The notes under the pieces are model-generated. The model did not search any database. It was not told the origin of the DNA and worked only from the letters and a program-made list of their open reading frames with translations. A stretch of DNA of 64,000 nt from Octopus vulgaris (lineage: Eukaryota): contig OX597822.1 of assembly GCA_951406725.2 (NCBI GenBank), positions 110,546,001-110,610,000 on the forward strand, given 5' to 3'. Below are positions 26,078-39,958 of the stretch, in pieces; the stretch's first letter is position 1, and each line of letters opens with the position of its first letter. Both the position numbers and the translations under genes were made by a program.

Positions 26078-26183
26078 AATGAACATAAGTTAGAATAAGA
26101 ACAGTAATAAATGAGCGGAGACCGAATATATAGTGCATGTGCCTATTTGACAAACAAGAAAAAAACAATACCAAAATACAATA

Positions 26184-26259
<76 letters not shown>

Positions 26260-26266
26260 AGTGTGG

Positions 26267-26313
<47 letters not shown>

Positions 26314-26862
26314 CACATATGTACATGCAAATATATTCCCATTTCCATGAACACGACACACACCTACATAGAGAGTGAAACACATGGAAGCATTCATCTA
26401 CATCAATATTCTCGCGGAAGAATTCCATTGTGGTTTTACTCCAACTGGAATACTTCCACAAAAAAAAAACTGTTTTTCTAAATGTCTAGCTCAATGTTTT
26501 TCATCGTAATGACAGCTTCAGTTGTAGAACGTCCGACCGTATTGGAGAAGGACATTTAAAATATTTCCAGACATGTACACTTACTTATGCATATAGAATG
26601 ACACACCTCTAGAGGGACACAGCCAACATGTACCCCCACCCCCCCACACACAAACACAAAGACACACAAACACGCTCACAAATATATAAGTACACATGTT
26701 TATATGTGTATTTACGCAAACACAGATGTCTGAATGTAGTAATATTAATATCCTTCGTAAATTGACAAATATTTCCCGCCTTCTACACACACATGTATGT
26801 ATAACTTTGCTTGGTTCTATGCGTGTGTATGATTGTGTGTACTTCTGTATGTGATGTTCATT

Positions 26863-26894
<32 letters not shown>

Positions 26895-27030
26895 TATATG
26901 TATATATATGTATATGTATATGGTGATATATATATTCATATATAGACACACACAGATATATATAATTGTGAGTGAATGTGTGACTGTGTGTATGTGTGTC
27001 TGTTGGTAATATTCACTTTATTGTATTTAC

Positions 27031-27067
<37 letters not shown>

Positions 27068-27935
27068 AGCATGAGGCTGCATGAATACATTACAACAACA
27101 GGTTTCCCACCACCAACTCTGGCCAGACATATACATATCTCAAACCAACAGTAGAATGAAATAGATTTAATAATATATTTTAAATAAATTCTTTTTAATA
27201 TATATATAATTTGCATATATATTATAGAATATTTTTTATAATTTGATTTCGGCGTAAATATTAACGGAAGATTTCCTTGGAATATATAATAAAAAAGATA
27301 AACCCCCAGACAAAGCAATTATGGCGGCTGTGCAAGTAGCATAAATGTTGCATTCACTTTTTCGAATTACGGTCTTAATTATATGATATAAGTATGAGAT
27401 CAACCTTCAGTGATAAAATAGAAAATTGAGATGATATGGTAGGACAGAAACATTTTTATACGAGTTGTTATATTGGATGAAGATTATAATATACTAACAC
27501 AAAGACATACCTATACACGGAAAAGTAAGCATGCGCACGCATACTCTGTCTCACATTCCATCTACATGGATACATACATACATACATACATAAATTCATT
27601 CATACACGCACGCAAGCACGCATGTACACACACACACACACTGCGACAGATATATTTCAGTAATTTATTGTTTATCGTTTGAAACAAGAACTTATAAATA
27701 TCATACAGTAAATTTACCTACATTATAATATCTTTGTGAGTGTATATACATACATACATTCATACATACATACATACATACATACATACATACATACATA
27801 CATACATACATACATACATACATACATACATAGACTATACACTCATACATACAAGTGTATCTCTATATATAACTTCAGACAGACGGAATCCTTGTAAGTC
27901 TTTTTGATATACGGATACTGAAAGAAGTTTGTCGC

Positions 27936-28004
<69 letters not shown>

Positions 28005-28109
28005 GGGCTTAGTAAAATAAATTACTTTGCCACATACTGAACTTTCTAGAAATAGCAGCCAAAAAGGTTTTAGCCATTTCCACTACTTTAAGATATATAT
28101 ACATATCCC

Positions 28110-28748
28110 ACGCTATTATCCTTCTCTTCTCCACTTTTGCCCGACCCCACCTTGAATACTGCTGTCCACTGTGGTCTCCCTACACAAAACAAAATATTAT
28201 GAGAATTGAAACTCCCCAAAGGTCAATCACAAAAAAGATAGATGGCATGTCAGACCTTGACTACTGGGGTAGACTAGAGAAGCTGAAATTGTATTCACTC
28301 CAACGACGCCGTGAACGCTACATTATCTGTATGATGTGGAAAATATTCCATCAGCACTGTCCGAATGATGTTGGCATCACCTTCAAAATACACCCAAGGC
28401 TTGGACCACGTGTCATCCGTCCACAACAAAAATCTAAATCGCATCACATAACGACAATACGACACAACTATTTCACCTCAATTGGACCCGCTCTCTTCAA
28501 CATTACACCAGGACACGTCAAAAAAGAAACTGACCACACAAAATTCAAGAAGTCTTTGGACAAATTCCTTCAAACAGTACCGGACAAACCACCCACACCC
28601 GGATATGTCTCTGCAAAAAATAACTCTCTGCTCGAATGGGCCTTGGTGCCCAAATCCTGAACTGAAAGACTTCGCCAGGTGGTGCTATTAAGTTAGACAT
28701 GGCCTGGCCCAATACTGGCCAAAACCTTTCTAAGTTATTCTAAGTTAC
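28110..28748 (+). mobile_element. CR1-group LINE 3' fragment
   Basis: PHLEYCCPLWSP, LDYWGRLEKLKLYSLQRRRERY, GPALFN, FKKSLDKFLQTVPDKP, NSL; short-repeat tail (TTCTAAGTTA)2. Confidence 0.92.
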
Positions 28749-29109
28749 TTTCATATGTGTGTGCGTGCGCGCGTATGTATCTATAGCTGAGACATCATAA
28801 AAGGAGTTGGAGAATTATAAATTTGTTTATTATACTATTCGCATTAAATACCAGTCCGACCCCGGTTTTTGCGCGACAAGTAACATAAGAAAGGAACATA
28901 CTAAGCAAACAAGACAGACACGATCAGTTTGACGTTATTATTCTATAAAGCGATTCCGATCATGAAACGGACTTAGCGAGATTTTATATTTTAGAATGTA
29001 TTATTAGTGAACTTCCAGAAATGTAGGGAAAATTATATGGGGACAACGCACTCTTTACTGAAATATATATCCAGAGAGATCCCGGGTAAGATCCCTAATA
29101 GAAATCGAT

Positions 29110-29900
29110 TAAACATAAATGATAAAAATAATATTAATAATATGTATTGTTGTATTTAGAAATGGTCATTTTGCCAATTTAGTCAACAAAATCACACGCA
29201 CTATACATTTGGTGCTAATTTGCTTCAGCTTTATTTATTTTTTACATTATTCTCAATCTTATTTCGGCCAGAGTTCTTTCGTCACACTTCTGTGACCTCA
29301 TCAGTGGCTCTTTGCTTTCTTCTTGCTTATTTGTGTAATGTGTTTATGCCTATTTATTATTTTTTTGTATTTAATTAAATTTTTTTTTAAATTTTGTTAA
29401 TGCATATAGTTATTTAATTCCATTTTTTTATCTGTGTATTTTATTATGTTTTGTTTATATTGTTATCTGTTCGTGGGGATCTTATTCTGTCATATGTTGT
29501 GGTGTGTTGGCGGTGTGTGCTAGTGTTCCATTCCAGTTTATTATTCAGACTAGGTTTATCTTCTATTAAGCGTGTAGCTTCTGCAATTTGTCTAATTGTT
29601 GCGTCTGTTCTATGTGTGGACAAGATTTTAACTTCTATGTTGTTGAGTGAGCACCCGTGTTCCTGCTCGGCGTGCTGGTACAGAACCGATGAGCTCTTCT
29701 CTTCCTTAAGTGCCGTCCAATCTCCATTTACCCGCTCTCCTATGCTCCGTGCCGTTTACCCTACGTACGACGTTGTCTAGATACTGCATCGTCCCTCTGT
29801 ACATCTTATACTATAGACTGCATTTCTGGCTTTACAGTTTGTTTGTGGGCTAAATCTACACACAGTACAGTTCCTACCCGCACAGGGCGTTCTACTAAAA
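29110..29900 (-). mobile_element. Penelope-like element 3' fragment (GIY-YIG + HHR terminus)
   Basis: PCAGRNCTVC, CKARNAVYSIRC...SYVG*TARSIGERV, RQIAEA...KPSLN on the minus strand, followed by a hammerhead. Confidence 0.85.
29267..29308 (-). ncRNA. Minimal type I hammerhead ribozyme, canonical core
   Basis: Reverse complement GCCA-CTGATGA-G-GTCAC(AGAAGT)GTGAC-GAA-AGAACT-C-TGGC. Confidence 0.8.
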
Positions 29901-30213
29901 GAGTAGCTTTTAGTAGAATTAATTATTAAATTTAATTTAATAATTAATAATTTTACCAAAATTATTAATTATTAATTGATTAATTAATTTTGCCCTTTAT
30001 TTTTATTGATAATATAATTTTCACCCTGATAGTAAACTGCAGTTTTCTGCGGAATTTACTCGTTGGCACACGTGGATGATTGGGAAGGAATACGAGATCT
30101 TATTCCTCTGTTTAAATTCGGAAGTACTGGTCCTTGGATATATGCTACCTGGTGGTGCTTGATCGAATGCGTATGTTAATTATCAGTGCTCTCAAATTTA
30201 AAATTTGAAATAG

Positions 30214-30292
30214 TGTACTGGCGAAGGGAATAAGTGAGTAGAAATATGATTTTACACATTTTACATATCTTTAACCCCGAAACGCGTATACA
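30214..30292 (+). ncRNA. Hammerhead motif with long stem II (A6G in this copy) in a PLE-type terminus ending near 30455
   Basis: TGTA-CTGGCGA-AGGG...CCCC-GAA-ACGCGT-A-TACA. Confidence 0.65.
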
Positions 30293-30497
30293 GTTAATCA
30301 GAGCAGGGTGGAGTCGTTATTGTTTTCTCTTTAACTGCGTGAGTTGTTGAGTATTGCTGTCTGGGAGATATCTTATGTTAGTGTAATAGTATTTTAACAG
30401 CTATTTTTAAATTTCGGTATGCGGTGAAGCAAAGTTTGCTGAACCCTAATTATAATTATGCTCATAATTATAGAATTTTTGTATCTATATATATATT

Positions 30498-30760
30498 GCG
30501 TGTTGTGTTCTTGAGCAAGACACTTTATTTCACGTTGCTCCAGTTCACTCAGCTGTAGAAATGAGTTACGACGTCATTGGTGCCAAGCTGTATCGGCCTT
30601 TGCCTTTCCCTTGATAACACTGGTGGCATAGAGAGGGGATCTCGGTATGCATGGGCGACTGCTGGTCTTCCTTAAACAACCTAGCCCAGACTTGTGCCTC
30701 AGAGGAGGAGCTTTCTAGGTGCAAACCCATGGTCATTCGTAACCGAGGTGGGGGGAGTCT
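30498..30760 (+). mobile_element. 5'-truncated SINE (family D body, distinct tail)
   Basis: TGTTGTGTTCTTGAGCAAGACACTTTATTTCACGTTGCTCCAGTTCACTCAGCTG is shared with 61006-61268. Confidence 0.8.
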
Positions 30761-30765
30761 CCGAG

Positions 30766-30827
<62 letters not shown>

Positions 30828-31455
30828 ACACACAGTGAAGCTATACTATAGCGTCGTACATTATCGTCTGCTTTTCGAGTAAATAGTAGTGCATAGTTGT
30901 ACCACTATCATATATATACATACGTATATATATGTATACACACACATACACACACACGCACACTTACATACACACACACACACATATATACATATAAATA
31001 TATATATATATATATATATTTATTTATTTATATATAGATACTTATATATGTATTGATAATATATCTAACATTGTATTAAGCACACACGTGCATTCAGATA
31101 TCAAAAATGAAATCGAAGCGAACTAAGAGAATAAACTGTGAGTGGTCCAGTGGTATGAATTGAGAGAACAAAACGAATCAATGTATATTAAATACTGTAC
31201 GGGATATATTGGTGATCGGTTGAAATCATCTTTTCTATGTAAATTCTGGGGATTTCCTGATTATAGAAATTATCATTCGTCATTATAAAAGAGACAAGAG
31301 AAGCGAAGCTGAACATACCCCTATGCCAGACGAAGGAAGATTCAGGCACATCTAGGATTATAGCCGGAGAAAGCATCATTATGTTGTGGAATTTAAATCT
31401 CTTGCTAATCAGATCGTATGTTTGTAGAAAATGTCTAAAAATCCCGAATGAAATT

Positions 31456-31523
<68 letters not shown>

Positions 31524-32242
31524 GAGAGAACATTTAAGGAATAAGTACTTATTAAGACAGATTTTCTGGAAAAAAAAGACCCCAAAAACCGAGCAGAATG
31601 GAGCCATGAAATTTGAATATGTTGAGAAGCACCATCTCATCGGAATAACAGAGTACAAGTTGTGTAGTTGAATTATTGCCAACGAAGCAACTAATATTTT
31701 CAGCATCGCAACTGTATAGTTGATCATCCTGCGTTTTATGATGAAGATAAATATAAATATTTGCCAAGTGTGAGCGCATAGACATCCATCTCCAGGTTTT
31801 CTTATATTTTATTCATTTTAGCATTATCCTGAAACTAATGCAGTTTTATAGTGATAACCAGCTGTCTTTAATGTTTTACTTTTATAGTAGAAAAAGGCGT
31901 AAAAAAATAAAAGCTGCTGATGTATAACATCATGCATTTTTAACTATAAATTTTCGGGCACACATGGATATTTAAGATTTTTGCTTCTAAAATTCCAGTT
32001 GGCGATCGATTGCATATTTGCTTCCCGTGTTTTTCGTTTGATTACAAGTCGCTGGGACAAACTGACCTTTTAAAATGTTGTTTTACTGTTCTTCTGTTTT
32101 TGCATATCGATATAGTTGTGGGTAGTTGCACCAGTAATTATTGTGCATGAAAAGAGTGCAACTACGGTGCTTACTCTTTACGCATCAAGATATTCTTTTT
32201 GCATGTAACACGTACGAAACTAATTTTGAGTGACTATGTATG

Positions 32243-32276
<34 letters not shown>

Positions 32277-32359
32277 TGTATCTATCTATCTATCTATCTA
32301 TCAATCTGTTTGTCTGCCTGTCTATCTATTTATCTATTTTTCTAGCTATGCATGGCTAG

Positions 32360-32406
<47 letters not shown>

Positions 32407-32409
<3 letters not shown>

Positions 32410-32558
32410 AGAGTTTACGAAAAAAAAACAAAAGACGAAGACAGGTGGTGTAAAAAACACGCAGATGTATTAGTATAACGCTCAGGAATAGAAAAAGTAT
32501 TTTACGTTTCGAGCCAACGCTCTTCTACAGAAAGGGACACAGAAAAAACAAGGAGAGT
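32407..32558 (-). mobile_element. Solo Penelope terminus fragment (CUGUAGA hammerhead-like motif about 32500-32535)
   Basis: Homologous to 6023-6221, 18125-18338 and 25660-25892; abuts (TA)n. Confidence 0.7.
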
Positions 32559-32605
32559 GGTAGAGTAATATGCTTTATTTTAAGCAGCAGAAAATTCAAC
32601 AAAAT

Positions 32606-32643
32606 CTGTTACTCTGAGTTTCTCGTTGCCGTTCATCAGACAG
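32606..32643 (-). ncRNA. Minimal type I hammerhead ribozyme (inverted twin of 33599-33636)
   Basis: Exact reverse complement of the 33599-33636 motif. Confidence 0.72.
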
Positions 32644-33598
32644 TTTTTGCTAGAATGGAACTTATATATTAATTCAATCTATACTCTTACAAACGCTACA
32701 CCTTTAAAAAGAAATGGACTTGTTTGATTGGCCCTTTAGAAAAAACGGTCAATCTTCGAGCGATAAACAAAAAGGTCAAAAATATATGTATATATATATA
32801 AAAAATGTCTTTCGTATATATTTTTATTAATGCACCCATTTTTTAAAAGCAATGTTTTTTTTTAAAAAAGCAATGTTGTCAAAATTAGAATGTTTATATA
32901 AGTATGTGTATAGCAAAGCATATGTATTTGTAAGCATGCGTATCTGTGTATGTGTAAGTGAAAGTATGCTTGTGCTTAAGCACACATATACACGACGGTA
33001 TGTATATGTATCAATTCAAACTTGTGTATGTGTACTGGTCTCTATAGATGCCAATAACATCGTTACAAGTTTTTCCCAACCCCTCCTTCGTTCCTTTTTC
33101 TCTCTTTCCCTTTCTTTCGTTCCCCCTCCTTGCTCAGTATATGAGAATTGCTACATAGATGAATTTTAGCTTGCGTGCGAGACGGTTTGCGTGAATATAT
33201 GTACACATGCTTTTATGTGTATATTTAGATTCATATTCATACGTCTGTATATGTATGTATGGCGTTTACGCGCATCCTTTTGTGTATGTTGATATATATA
33301 TGTGGATTTTAATATAAGTATGTATTGCAGTATTTATAACAGGTTTAATTTCTATGCATTAATTTGTACTGTCTTCATTAACGGCAATAGGTTTTTTCCT
33401 CGGTTTTTTCCTCGGATTTTATAATTTTTATAAGTTTTTTTTATATATATATACATATATTTTTGACCTTTTTGTTTATCGCTCGAAGATTGACCGTTTT
33501 TTCTAAAGGGCCAATCAAACAAGTCCATTTCTTTTTAAAGGTGTAGCGTTTGTAAGAGTATAGATTGAATTAATATATAAGTTCCATTCTAGCAAAAA

Positions 33599-33636
33599 CT
33601 GTCTGATGAACGGCAACGAGAAACTCAGAGTAACAG
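33599..33636 (+). ncRNA. Minimal type I hammerhead ribozyme, canonical core
   Basis: CTGT-CTGATGA-A-CG(GCAA)CG-A-GAA-ACTC(A)GAGT-A-ACAG; stem I extendable by CAAAA/TTTTG. Confidence 0.72.
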
Positions 33637-33668
33637 ATTTTGTTGAATTTTCTACTGCTTAAAATAAA

Positions 33669-33741
<73 letters not shown>

Positions 33742-33754
33742 TATATATATCGGT

Positions 33755-34215
33755 CTATTTCGTTTCTGGGAGGGTCGTGTAGGTAGTGTTTCTCGATGAG
33801 GCTCTAACAACACCTAACACGACCCTATCGGAAGCAATCATCAAAAGACTTTCAGACTGAATTCCCAAGCGTGACCAATTGAGACTACGGATATTATTCA
33901 ACCATGTGTTTTTGGTCTACCCTTAGGCTTCCTGCCGGTCAGCTCGGATTCAAGAATCCGTCTTGCGATTCTTTCCAGTGACATTCTAATCTCACACCCG
34001 TAGTAGTGGAGTTGTGATCTCTCAAAAAAGAAAAGTCGGCACCACCCGGAGAGATTCCCCGATATCCGAGCAGACTGCGCACGCTGTCGAATAACGTTAC
34101 TCCAAAGACTCTGAAGAAATCCGTATTTTGTCCACTTCTATAAGCTATCGCACTCTTTCAGTCATACCAAACATTCATGATCATAGGTAAGAAAAGACAC
34201 GAAAACCGAACTGCA
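33755..34215 (-). mobile_element. RTE-clade LINE 3' fragment
   Basis: ERSQLHYYGCEIRMSLERIARRILESELTGRKPKGRP...WLNNIRSLNWSRLGIQ; related to 22090-22780. Confidence 0.82.
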
Positions 34216-35022
34216 CACATAAGGAAAAATTATTGACATGTTATATTAAAAACTCAGCTATGTTCAGGTTTGATCATTTTTATTAACGCTAGTTCAGTTT
34301 TTTTTTTTATTAGTCCTTTAAATGAAAATCGAATCTATATTACCCAATTATTCAAATATTTGAGACCACTCCAGTTTCATTTTTATAGTTATACATTGTA
34401 AAGTCTTTCACTCCAGAGTTTCTGTGGAAAGTTGCAATTTTATAATTGAAAAAATCAGCGACGCTTGATTTACGATTTCGTAACTGCACATCCCATAAAT
34501 TTCATAGCATCATTGCATATCTTTATGTGAAATATATTTGTGTGTGTAAATGAGGTTGGTACTCTGTTATTGGAAGAGCTTTCATTTTATATTTATATCA
34601 TAGAATTCTACGTGTACGGTCAGTTATTGTTTTTTACTATCAAATTATAACTTTTCTTAAGCCGTAAGGTATATATGTATGTTACTTTTGTATATATGTA
34701 TGTATAATATGCATATGTATTATGTAAAATTATGTATAAAAACAATATAGCATTAGCCTCAGTGATTGATCAAGATTTGTTTTTGGAACACATATCAAAA
34801 ATTTTGTCAGAACAAGATTGATAGTGACTTCGAACTATCAGCTTATTTGCAGTGATCAGATAGTGGATTACTTTGAAATATTAACCCACCAAAAACTATA
34901 TAGACTGAGAAAGAACTAAAGCAAATAATAGTCTAATGATGACACACAAGCTGAAATCCTTAATGTTTGAATGTATATTATATATATATATATATATATA
35001 AATATGTATGTATGTATCTATG

Positions 35023-35055
<33 letters not shown>

Positions 35056-35077
35056 GTAAAATATGTACGTATGTATC

Positions 35078-35126
<49 letters not shown>

Positions 35127-36633
35127 CATAAATAAGGGCAAACGAAAAAATTTCTAATACCAGATATGCCGAAAGATTGGACATATTGTCCATTAACCAT
35201 ATAATTTTTTGTTTTCATTTTTATATACAATGACAGCGTACGTACACTTTGATATGTATATGTATGTATGCATGTATGTTTGTATAAATATATACATATG
35301 CATATATGTACATATCTGAATGTATGTACACACAAACACGCACACACAAACACACGCACACACAAACACGCACACACACACATACACACACACACATGCA
35401 CACATACACACACACACATATGTGTTGCAAGTATATTTTAACACTTATAGAAACCGTCCAGCATGTGAAATGAAAATGAAGAGCGCAATTACTTCAAAGA
35501 CGAATACAGTTGAAACTAAAAAGAAAGAAAAAATGTCCATTGTTTGTCTCTAGTTTGAGCATTCGAATTTATTCTTGCAGCATTTACATACAGTGGATAT
35601 TCGGTTCATCTGTTTGTATACTATAAAAGACATAAAGCCTGTCAGCATCATATGAAAGTGATATTTAGATTTCAAACAAATTTCACGTAACGTAGCAGTG
35701 TAGCTCCAGATAAAACAGAATATATATGATTTATAAAATATACCCTCTCAAAATATTCTAGAATAACAAGGCTAATATAAGCATTAATTGACATTCAGTG
35801 ATATTTGTAAATAAAATAGATGTGAGATAAATATTTGGGATAGCAGGTAAAAAAATGTGGAAATGATATGGTGTATTTTGTAAAAGAAGAACGTCTAACG
35901 TAGTTTAAATCTGAAACGGTTTGGAAAAAGAGTGAAAATGAATAACGCACACTTGAAAAGAGATTTATGTTTCGCTTAGGTTTTTCTCAGTTCAAAGCAG
36001 GAAGGCGTGAAGTTGGTGAAATGATGTATATTTGTAAATAGAGCTATAATAAACGTCGCCAACCTTTGCAATGTATATACACACATACACACCCACGCAC
36101 ACAGTCACACACACGTACCCTAACATTCACACACACACACACACATATGTATTTTATGTTATGGAATGATATATAGGTGCCAGTTAAACTGAAGTATTCT
36201 GTAAGCATTAATCAGCATGTATCCGGCTGTAGAAATATCATGTAACTTGTTTGGAAGGGAAGTATATTCAGATTGGGGAAGATTTTCCTTGAGGAATTTA
36301 GCAGAAAAAGTAGGTTAAATTCTTTAAAAGAATAATCCTCTCTTAAATACACGAAATCTACATATTTATGGAGAGCGAATATCAATAAATGAACGGAAAT
36401 ACTGATATAGGTAAACATCATACAAACAAACACGCATTCACATCCACGCACGGATACACGCGCCCACTTACACGTAAACGTATAAACAAACATATCCATC
36501 TAGAAATGTTTATACGTTTATATGAAGATACGTACCACCCGCGTAGCTTGCAACCAACAAGGAAACATTTAACGCTTTTTTTACTGGCGTTCACGTTCGT
36601 GTTTACATGCTTTTCTTTTATACACATGCAAAC

Positions 36634-37055
36634 AGGTGTGGCTGTGTGGTAAGGAGCTTGCTTCTCAACTACATGGTTCCGGGTTCAGTCCCACTGTGTG
36701 ACATTTTGGGCAAGTGTCTTCTACTATAGCCCCGGGTCGACCAAAGCCCTGTGAGTGGATTTGGTAGACAGAAAGGAAAAGAAGATAGTCGTATATATAT
36801 ATATATATATATACTCATATATGTGTATATAATATATCTATGTGTATTTCTTTGCGTCAGTGTTTGTTCCTCCCCATCACCGTTTGACAACCGGTGTTGG
36901 TGAGTTTACGTCCCCATAACTTAGCAGTTTGGCAACAGGAACCGATAGAATAAGAAGTTTGTTTTAAAAAATAAGTCCTGGGGTCGATTTGTTCCACTAA
37001 AACATTTCAAGGCGGTGCTCCAGCATGGCCGCAGTCAAATGGCTGAAACAAGAAA
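36634..37055 (+). mobile_element. SINE family A, full-length
   Basis: Head, internal microsatellite and GGCGGTGCTCCAGCATGGCC tail. Confidence 0.9.
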
Positions 37056-37258
37056 GTTAACAAAAATATATAAGAATAGTTAAATGAGATCCAAGTGGAA
37101 ACCTTGTATAATGCTGTGCAAAGCTCATCCATTGTGAAAGTCTAGCTGATGTTATCATATCGTAGAAATGCTACTGATGCTGGCATATATCAGCAATTCC
37201 ATATTATCCGTAGAGTTTATATAAGCAGAAATAAAGAAAGAATATTCTTTGTTTAATG

Positions 37259-38215
37259 TTACTACAATTGCCGAGGTCGACTTTGCCTTTCATCCTTTCG
37301 TGGTCGATAAATTAAGTTCTAGTTGCGAACTGAGGTCGATCTAATCGAATGGCTTCCTCCCCCAAAATTTCGCGCCTTGTGCCTAGAGTAGAAAAGAATA
37401 TTACTACAACTGCCACGCCGGGCGAAATGCGTAGCCGTATTTCGTCTGCCGTTACGTTCTGAGTTCAAATTCCGCCGAGGACGACTTTGTCTTTCATCCT
37501 TTCGTGGTCGATAAATTAAGTTCTAGTTGCGAACTGAGGTCGATCTAATCGAATGGCTTCCTCCCCCAAAATTTCGCGCCTTGTGCCTAGAGTAGAAAAG
37601 AATATTACTACAACTGCCACGCCGGGCGAAATGCGTAGCCGTATTTCGTCTGCCGTTACGTTCTGAGTTCAAATTCCGCCGAGGACGACTTTGTCTTTCA
37701 TCCTTTCGTGGTCGATAAATTAAGTTCTAGTTGCGAACTGAGGTCGATCTAATCGAATGGCTTCCTCCCCCAAAATTTCGCGCCTTGTGCCTAGAGTAGA
37801 AAAGAATATTACTACAACTGCCACGCCGGGCGAAATGCGTAGCCGTATTTCGTCTGCCGTTACGTTCTGAGTTCAAATTCCGCCGAGGACGACTTTGTCT
37901 TTCATCCTTTCGGGGTCGATAAATTAAGTACCAGTTACGCATTGGCGTCGATGTAATCGACTTAATCCATTTGTATGTCCTTGTTTGTCCTCTCTGTGTT
38001 TATCACCTTGTGGGTAGTAAAGAAATAGAAGTAGTTATTTCGTCTGTCTTTACGTTCTGAGTTCAAATTCCGCCGAAGTCAACTTTGTCTTTCATTCTTT
38101 CGTGGTCGATAAAATTAAGTACCAGTTGCGTACTGAGGTCGATCTAATCGACTGTCCTCTTCCCCCAAAATATCGGGCTTTGTGCCTAGAGTAGAAAAGA
38201 ATATTATTACAATTG
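37259..38215 (+). repeat. Tandem array of SINE family B units, 204-bp period
   Basis: TTACTACAACTGCCACGCCGGG starts at 37401, 37605 and 37809, with partial units on both sides. Confidence 0.95.
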
Positions 38216-38499
38216 CTTCCACACATTCTCACATGTGTATTCCATAGGGGAAATGTACGATCATTCTCTTGCATCCATGGTCTGCAGTGCACCTCCTCGG
38301 ATGATTGTTCTTCGTTAGATCCGCTCGCCATTTCCCTCAGTCTGATACTGTATACCCAGATTGATGTATCATTTGTAGCAGTTTATATTATAACTAAAAC
38401 CATACGAGCAGTGACAGACAAGATAGATTACAATCAAAATACAAAACACATTGATAAAAAGAAAAACAAATAGTAAAAATAGACAAATGAAAATAAAAC

Positions 38500-39115
38500 A
38501 GTCCAGGTGCTGCCCACTGTGGTCTCCTCACACAAGACAAAACATCTCCAGAATTGAGTCACCCCAGAGGGCACTCACTAAACAAATTGAAGGCATGGCT
38601 GCTCTCGATTATTGGGATCGCCTTAAAGCCTTGAAACTTTACTCCCTCCAGCGTCGCCGTGAGCGGTACATCACTTGTACGATGTGGAAAATATACCGCC
38701 AACTTTGCCCAAACGACCTAAACATTAGCTTCAAGGTTCATCCAAGACTTGGACCACGGGCTATACGTCCCCTGCGCAATTCATGATCACAACATACATG
38801 TACACTGCAACATAATTTCTTTTCCTCAACAGGCCCTACCCTATTTAACATTGTCCCGAGAGAGATCAAAGAGGAAAAGGATCCCATCAACTTTAAACAG
38901 AGTCTGGATAGATTCCTTCAAAGAATACCAGATAAGCCACCCATAATTGGATACAACTCACCCAACAAGAACTCACTACTTGAACAAAACTTGACTTAAA
39001 CAAAACTTGACTTAAACAGGATTCGAATAATCCTATCAGGTGGTGCTATTAAGCTAGACATGGCCTGGACCAATCTTTGGTCGAAACATATCTAAGTTTA
39101 TCCAAGTTTATCTAA
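38500..39115 (+). mobile_element. CR1-group LINE 3' fragment (related to 28110-28748)
   Basis: CCPLWSPHTRQNISRIESPQR, LKLYSLQRRRERY, KVHPRLGPRA; tail (TATCYAAGTT)n. Confidence 0.92.
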
Positions 39116-39719
39116 AGGTCAGATTATCAGGGAGACTGACTAGAGTATAAATTATAGAATAAAATAAAATAAAATGCATAGAGATAATAAGTGTTAAGTA
39201 GTTCGAGAATTGACCATTTCAGTACATGTCAACTGTTTCTTTGTCCCCTTTAAGAACCCAAATTTATTTCCTTCACACCCCGACAAAAATGATAGATCCC
39301 ATCTTATACAGAAAATGGATCTTTATTTAAAGTTAATTTACTACCGCCTACTATAGTAGTTAATTTACTACTATACGATTCCTTGGAAGGATAAGAGGAG
39401 ATAGTGATAAGAGATGAGGTAGTGAGTATGCCCATCTGCCCCGCACATACATTGCCCCATACAACACTGCTCAATTGGTTCGGACTTTATTTTATCAATC
39501 CGAAAAGGATAAAAAAAACAAACTCGACCGTGGCGGAATTTGAACTATGAACGTTAAAATCGGAAGAAAGGCCGCTAAGTGTGCTAACGATTCTGACTGC
39601 GGGCTATCTGAAATCAAAGAACGTAATTATATTTTCAATCAGCCATTTTGACACGACATATTAAAGGAAAATGAGATTTTGAAATTGGGTTTAAGAAAAG
39701 TAGAACTCAAATATATAAA

Positions 39720-39921
39720 TCATTTTATCTTTTATTTGTTTAGTCACTGGACTTCGCCTATGCTGGAGCACCTCCTTGAGGGGTTTTAGTGGAATAGATT
39801 GAATCCTGTATTTATTTTTCTGTGTGGTACTTATTCTATCTCCTGCCGGACTGCTAAGTTACAGGGTAGTAGAAAAATTACACCAGTCGTCAAGCTGGAG
39901 TGGGGGACAAACACACACACA

Positions 39922-39958
<37 letters not shown>

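Larger units (their letters stand above)
32569..33674. mobile_element. Element bounded by about 238-bp near-perfect inverted repeats, each carrying a hammerhead and AATAAA facing outward
   Basis: 32569-32806 is the reverse complement of 33436-33674, with only a few differences. Confidence 0.8.

Noticed and set aside
37259-38215. Regular repeats as a possible CRISPR array
   Set aside because: Units are contiguous 204-bp SINE copies with no unique spacers and no cas genes; eukaryotic context.
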